Origin: a virus
Length of the DNA: 64,000 nucleotides
Strand: one strand, 5' to 3'
IMG/VR virus record: IMGVR_UViG_3300044730_002015
Coordinates: 96,001 to 160,000 of that record
Shown here in pieces: positions 58,812-64,000 of the stretch. The number at the start of each line of letters is the position of its first letter. Positions within the stretch are counted from its first letter, which is position 1. The translations under genes were made by a program, and so were the position numbers. Below the pieces are notes generated by a model that worked only from the letters and a program-made list of their open reading frames with translations, was not told the origin of the DNA and did not search any database.

Positions 58812-59639
58812 CTAGAATAAACCATTATGCTCATCGTCTCTAAACTGGCTTTCTAGTTGCCCCAGCGATAAACGGCTCAATGCACGATCCAGGCTATCTT
58901 TCCTGGCCGCCCGAGATGTATTACCTGCACTGATCAGTGCATAACGATGATTATCAAGTTCTATTATCATGGCCAGACAAAATCCTGCCGCACGAGTATA
59001 TCCGGTCTTGGCCACCACTGTGGTAAACGACTGCGGATCTCTAGCATAGGGATTGGTGGCGCGACCTATAATCTTTTCGATCCAGGTGCGTTTCTTGGCA
59101 GTTTTGACTATGGCGATTTCAAGACCGTCTTGGTTTGAAAATTGTTTTATTATATCAAATCGACTGGATCTGTCCAAGATCTTGATCAAATCATCTGCGG
59201 TAGATTTGTTTGCACTGCCGATACCCGATGCATCTACGAACACAGTGTTCTTGGCACCGATATTGTCAGCCAAGGTATTCATGGCTGCCAAACCCAATTT
59301 ATTGCCGCCAGGGTAATGATGTAACAATGTTTCTGCTGCGAGATTGTCTGATGTGACCAACAACAACTGCATCAACTCTCGCCGAGTCAGTGTCATACCC
59401 GGATGTATGCGATTGCTGGATTCGCTGCCGCGCACTCGGAGTTTTTGATCCAGGTCCTGGCCCGCATCAATCACCACCATGGCCGTGGCCAGTTTGGTGA
59501 TGCTGGCTATTGAAATCACCTGATTGGCCTGCTGGCCTTCTACATAGGTTTTACGATCAAGATCATAGATTACCAGTATCTGGCTGTGTGCCGACACTGA
59601 TACCAGGCACAGCAGTATAGCTGCCGAAAATTTCCACAT
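58812..59639 (-). CDS. D-Ala-D-Ala peptidase (S11; PBP5/PBP7-like)
   Basis: Signal peptide; SITK (SxxK), SDN (SxN), KTG. Confidence 0.9.
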   Translation of the reverse strand: MWKFSAAILLCLVSVSAHSQILVIYDLDRKTYVEGQQANQVISIASITKLATAMVVIDAGQDLDQKLRVRGSESSNRIHPGMTLTRRELMQLLLVTSDNLAAETLLHHYPGGNKLGLAAMNTLADNIGAKNTVFVDASGIGSANKSTADDLIKILDRSSRFDIIKQFSNQDGLEIAIVKTAKKRTWIEKIIGRATNPYARDPQSFTTVVAKTGYTRAAGFCLAMIIELDNHRYALISAGNTSRAARKDSLDRALSRLSLGQLESQFRDDEHNGLF

Positions 59640-59654
59640 CTATTATTTAAGAGT

Positions 59655-60467
59655 TTAGACTCTGGCAGTGATCAGCAGATGCCAGCCAAAGTTGCGTTTT
59701 AAACAATCAAAGATTTCAGGTGGCATGGAGTCAAACCAGGGCTCTCGAACATATTGATAATTTTTGTATTCGGGTATGCTGTAAGGGAAGATATGATCTT
59801 GCCTGATCTGTACCGACTGGAACCGGTTGAATGCTTCGTATACTTCTTCGTGAGTATAAGTTTTGGCCTGAGGACAGCCTGGTTGTGCTTCTGGCTGTTC
59901 AAGACCATCACGTATCAATGCTGCCTTATAGGAGTTTTCGGCGTAGAGCATGATGCGGGCCTCGCCCCCGGCATTGAGTAATAGATGCAGTTGATCGATA
60001 ATCAGTTGTGGCGTTTCTGAATGATGTATCACTCCAAAACTATAGATCAAGTCAAACTTTTGACCTTGGAATATCTGGCCAATCTCTTCAGCATTGCCTA
60101 TCAAGAATCGGCCTGCTAATCCTTCCACTTGAAATCTCTGCTGGGCCAACTTCACTGATTCGTCAGATAAATCAAAACCGGTATAGTCAGCACCTGCACG
60201 GGCAAACTCAGCAGCATCGGTGCCTATGCCTACACCAATTTCAAGCACACTTTTGCCTGAACAATTGTCAAATCCAGCAAATTGTGGAATATGCGGTTCT
60301 ACAAAATATCTACGTTGAGTGACTTCCTGGTAGTACTCTAGTGTGCCCACGGGCTGCGTGCTGTGCCTGATGTTGCAGGGTCGGCGATTCCAGTATTCGC
60401 GGATGTTGGACAGTGTGGCTTCTGCGGCGGGAGTACTTAACTCCTGTTTGATTTCTTCTGTGATCAT
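59655..60467 (-). CDS. Class I SAM-dependent methyltransferase
   Basis: [21 protein letters not shown]. Confidence 0.88.
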   Translation of the reverse strand: MITEEIKQELSTPAAEATLSNIREYWNRRPCNIRHSTQPVGTLEYYQEVTQRRYFVEPHIPQFAGFDNCSGKSVLEIGVGIGTDAAEFARAGADYTGFDLSDESVKLAQQRFQVEGLAGRFLIGNAEEIGQIFQGQKFDLIYSFGVIHHSETPQLIIDQLHLLLNAGGEARIMLYAENSYKAALIRDGLEQPEAQPGCPQAKTYTHEEVYEAFNRFQSVQIRQDHIFPYSIPEYKNYQYVREPWFDSMPPEIFDCLKRNFGWHLLITARV

Positions 60468-61183
60468 CGGATTTGTCCTGTGTGTCTTGCCAGTCGCTCG
60501 CGCCAGGTCATTAGATCGCGCTGGCGATCCGGATGTGCATAATCCACAGGATTGGTAGGATCTTTGCCATCTGCAGAGTAACTGGTTTCTCGGTAGGTTT
60601 CGTCGTTGTTGCCGCCAGTGATGTCAGCACGATTATGATATACATCCACGCGGATGTTGAGCATACGAGTCAGTGGTGCGGTTACATTGTATATCCACCA
60701 ATCCGAATGGACCACCGGAGAAATCTCTTTAAATAGTTTAACCCAGCCCTGTGGTATGATAGGAAACAATGCAAATGGATGCTGGTGATTGATGCACTGC
60801 ATACGCAGGCATCCAAAATAATCAGGATACTTCAGTACCTCTCGATCCCAGGCATTGGTCAGCATGACCGCATCGTCGTTCCAGAACATGATCCAATCGC
60901 CAGTGGCGTGGCTACCTAAGAGGTTTACATAGCGATGCAGTTGGGTATAACCATAACGCTCGCTTTCAAATATTTGCAATGTCACGCAGGGCCAATATCT
61001 GTTTAGATCGGGCCAGACCGTGGCAAAGAAATTTCTACTTTCGTCGTCGTCGCGGTCATATGCTATGAGTATTTCAAGTTCGCCGTCACCGGAAAAGTTA
61101 TTACAGATGCTGGTAAGACTGGTTACCAAGGCACGGGCTCGCTTGCGCGTGGGCAATAGCACTGATATTTTTTGTGTTTTCAT
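60464..61183 (-). CDS. Glycosyltransferase family 2-like
   Basis: [22 protein letters not shown]. Confidence 0.78.
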   Translation of the reverse strand: MKTQKISVLLPTRKRARALVTSLTSICNNFSGDGELEILIAYDRDDDESRNFFATVWPDLNRYWPCVTLQIFESERYGYTQLHRYVNLLGSHATGDWIMFWNDDAVMLTNAWDREVLKYPDYFGCLRMQCINHQHPFALFPIIPQGWVKLFKEISPVVHSDWWIYNVTAPLTRMLNIRVDVYHNRADITGGNNDETYRETSYSADGKDPTNPVDYAHPDRQRDLMTWRERLARHTGQIR

Positions 61184-61219
61184 AATACTATGTAGCGGGC
61201 TTGGTCATCGAGAAATAAT

Positions 61220-61663
61220 TTATGCCAAGGGTAGGCCCTGATCATCCACTTCTATCCAACTGTAGTCGCCTAGCCATTTGACTCTGGCTAGATATTGATA
61301 ATGGTCTGGTGCGCTGGCGTGCCAGTCGTTGGGACCCAGCATACTCAATCTGAGGGTATTCTGGATAGAGTCCTGCAGTAACCAATAGCATTGATTGTGA
61401 TAAATCTGGAAATCGTAGCGGGCCGAATGAACCCAGTCAGTGACATCTAATCTGCGTTTTATTCCAGCAGCCTGTTGTTGTAGCACCGACACCAACTGCA
61501 TAATACGATCATACTCTTGTTGAGCGTGTAGCCTAGCAACATTCAGCATGATATCTTTCTGCTGAGTCACTGGCACAAGATCAAATGCAGGTGCTCCGAC
61601 TTCTGTTGGATAAGGTGTTACGTTACGATTGATGAATGACACCAGGCTGTTGCCAGCCTTCAT
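61220..61663 (-). CDS. DUF2452-like protein (start uncertain, may extend upstream)
   Basis: PYPTEVGAPAF...LSMLGP.DW...DYSW. Confidence 0.55.
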   Translation of the reverse strand: MKAGNSLVSFINRNVTPYPTEVGAPAFDLVPVTQQKDIMLNVARLHAQQEYDRIMQLVSVLQQQAAGIKRRLDVTDWVHSARYDFQIYHNQCYWLLQDSIQNTLRLSMLGPNDWHASAPDHYQYLARVKWLGDYSWIEVDDQGLPLA

Positions 61664-61691
61664 ATCAAAACTGTCCCGCCCCTTGGCGGAG

Positions 61692-62405
61692 TTAGTCTTG
61701 TCCACTCTTGGTATCTGCTGACAGACCCAGCATGGGACGGTGATCAAATTTGTAGTCTTTGTATTTGCCGCGAGCATCCACATAGTGCAAGAAAGCCTGG
61801 ATATGTTCACGCCCGGTATATTCTTCTCTCCAATGTTCTAAATCAGTGCCGTGATAGACCAACATATCACCCGGCGCCAGGGTCACAGCCGACGTTTTGC
61901 CAGCATAGTTTTTGATATAGATAGGATAAGGGTCTTTCACGTCGTAGTCAATACAGGCTGTGGTGCTGAATTGGCAGCTGGGGCGATCCTTGTGTACTTT
62001 CATATCTGCTCCTGCATACATGATTCTAGCATAGGTATAGCAAGGATGCAGTTTCTTGCCAATCACTATTTCCATGGCAGGTTGCATTTCAACCATGAGT
62101 GCTTCAAAAGCGTAAAAACCATAGTGGGGAAAACTATAAGGTACCTGACCATCCTCAAATGCTCTGACGTGTTCCAAGGGTGCGTTGCGATAAAAGTATG
62201 AACACCTGCGATGCATCCTAAATTGTTCTGCCAGCACCCTACAGGTCTGAGGCTCAATTATGCCACGTGCCACCGCATATCCATTGGTGACAAAATCCTT
62301 GTGTAGTTTATCGAATTTTTGATCCCGTGCTGGTGCTATTTTGGTCGCAGTGGTTTTCGTAGATTTAACCTTTTTTGCTGGAGATTTGACTGCTGTTTCT
62401 TTCAT
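61692..62405 (-). CDS. 2OG-Fe(II) oxygenase
   Basis: YARIMY, HKDRPSC, GDMLVY.G..LEHWR, QAFLHY. Confidence 0.8.
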   Translation of the reverse strand: MKETAVKSPAKKVKSTKTTATKIAPARDQKFDKLHKDFVTNGYAVARGIIEPQTCRVLAEQFRMHRRCSYFYRNAPLEHVRAFEDGQVPYSFPHYGFYAFEALMVEMQPAMEIVIGKKLHPCYTYARIMYAGADMKVHKDRPSCQFSTTACIDYDVKDPYPIYIKNYAGKTSAVTLAPGDMLVYHGTDLEHWREEYTGREHIQAFLHYVDARGKYKDYKFDHRPMLGLSADTKSGQD

Positions 62406-62422
62406 GTTTATCTTTCTAATAT

Positions 62423-62513
<91 letters not shown>

Positions 62514-62526
62514 TGTGTATTAGTTA

Positions 62527-63371
62527 TTAAGTCCAAAGATACTGACGTAATTTAATGAGACGTATCATCATATCCTCATCTTCTTGCTCATATCTCTGTT
62601 CTAGTTCCTGCACTTGATCGATCATGTCTGTGCGACGGCGCCGATCCTGGAGATCGTTGCTTTCCCATATTCCAAACACCGAATCGTCATTCTTGTTGTC
62701 ATTCAGGCGGCTGTTGACGTAATCACTCCAACCTGACACATCATGTGGGTCCAGCCGGTTAGGGCGCATTTGGGTCCACCAAAGATACAGATTGATACAC
62801 TCCACAGCATTCTTGGCCTGTGCAGTAGGCTGACCATAGTCAGGGTGGCTGGGATTCACACCCGAGTCTTCATCATAGACCAAACCTGCGGCCCAGCGTA
62901 AAGCATCCAATCCGGCTTCGCGTGATCTCCAGGTACGCCAACGCAACCACCCACGGGCATAAAAAGGTGCGTGATATTTTTCTCTTGCTTCCGGGTCCCA
63001 GGCAATGTTCCACCAAGCCTGCTCAACTTCCACAAAGTCAACCAGTTCGTTAAACAAGCAGGGAAGAAATCGATTGCCCACATCGCACCACGTACCCGGC
63101 CGGATGTCCTTTGGGTGTGCTGTGAGTTTATGTGTGCCCGTGACCCAGCGATTGTTCACATAATACTTGACAGCGTAAATCTTATCAGGCACAAACATCA
63201 CAATATTTTGCAAGTGATCAAGGCCCTCTTCGGCCAGCCAATATCTAAATGAATGAGTTGTTTTGGCAGTGCGACGCCAATCGCGCCATTGCTCACTGGT
63301 GCCAGCCGACAACTTTGGTGTGCCGCGCAACCAATCAGCAAAACGTGAGCAACTCCAATAATTCGATCTCA
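62527..63371 (-). CDS. Trp-rich phage hypothetical protein
   Basis: LFNELVDFVEVE; LYLWWT..RP; MMIRLIKLR..LWT. Confidence 0.6.
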
Positions 63372-63407
63372 TTTGACTATTATGTATTACACGACTCAAG
63401 AAGTCAA

Positions 63408-63438
63408 GAAAAAAGGTGACGTTTTGGCATCACCTTTT
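63408..63438. terminator. Intrinsic terminator after ahpD
   Basis: AAAAGGTGA...TCACCTTTT inverted repeat. Confidence 0.65.
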
Positions 63439-63459
63439 GACCGCCTCTGCCCGACCAAA

Positions 63460-63975
63460 CTATTGTGCCAGCACTCGGCTCACTGCTGTGATCACGGCAG
63501 CTATGCGACCAATGTCACGCAATTGCTCCACCGTGTAGCCCGCTGACTTCAGTGTTTCATAATGTGCTTTGACACAGAAGTGACACTTGCCAACAATGCT
63601 GGCAGACAGTGCATATGCTTCAAACCGCTCACGTGTGGTACCACCGTGCGTGGCTATGGCATTCATGCGCAACTGCGGTGGCAATCCCGACAGGTTGGCA
63701 TCTTCTGCCATTTCTACGTAAGGATACCATACATTGTTCATGGCCATGAGGCTTGCGGCTGTGACAGCGGCTTCTGCTTCTTTCTGATCAGCAATCTGGC
63801 TCTGCATCCAGGTCCATAACTTGGTATTACCTGAAGCAAAGGCTGCTGCCAGGGCCACTGCTTCGGCTTCCTCCTGCGGCAGCGTTGAACGCTTGACCAC
63901 CGCGTCTATGTTGAGACGTGTGTCTTTGGCATAGTCAGGAATGGTTTCTTTCAGTTTATCAACCCAGGCAGTCAT
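63460..63975 (-). CDS. ahpD: Alkyl hydroperoxide reductase AhpD
   Basis: PDYAKD.RLN, MAMNNVWY, LRMN, CHFC. Confidence 0.92.
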   Translation of the reverse strand: MTAWVDKLKETIPDYAKDTRLNIDAVVKRSTLPQEEAEAVALAAAFASGNTKLWTWMQSQIADQKEAEAAVTAASLMAMNNVWYPYVEMAEDANLSGLPPQLRMNAIATHGGTTRERFEAYALSASIVGKCHFCVKAHYETLKSAGYTVEQLRDIGRIAAVITAVSRVLAQ

Positions 63976-64000
63976 TACAGTGTTTCTCCACCTACTGCAC
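63975..64000 (-). CDS. C-terminal end of a probable AhpC peroxiredoxin (partial)
   Basis: ...AVGGETL* with TAATG overlap to ahpD, the usual ahpC-ahpD order. Confidence 0.5.

Overview
This window is part of a large T4-like (myovirus/jumbo) phage genome, coded almost entirely on the minus strand. The host is probably a proteobacterium (inferred from ErpA, AhpC/AhpD, ClpX, PBP7-like and phasin-like genes and sigma70 promoters). 1-13.7 kb is a tail-fibre/baseplate region: three fibre genes share a repeat module, alongside a Gly/Pro-rich protein and a split subtilisin-like protease. The rest is accessory cargo: ErpA, SOD, IF-1, bS21, tRNA-Ser, two ClpP, ClpX, ClpS, Hsp20, YccA/BI-1, two DNA MTases, B12 radical SAM, ROK kinase, 2OG oxygenases, UDP-Glc dehydrogenase, GT2, UvsE plus a decayed copy, DNA ligase, AhpD and many small early ORFs behind near-identical sigma70 promoters. 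The most striking pattern is that about 15 genes have their ATG at or within 1 nt of the predicted +1 of a T4-late-like box (TAAATA-N5-ATG) or a sigma70 -10 box (-10-N6-ATG), with no Shine-Dalgarno. This suggests a leaderless-mRNA programme in a phage carrying its own IF-1 and bS21. Also notable: hairpin-gated late genes, a recurrent 16-bp palindromic operator, a separately encoded protease prodomain, an ORF overprinted on a uvsE pseudogene, and a candidate structured RNA. All calls come from motif recognition by eye; no database searches were run.
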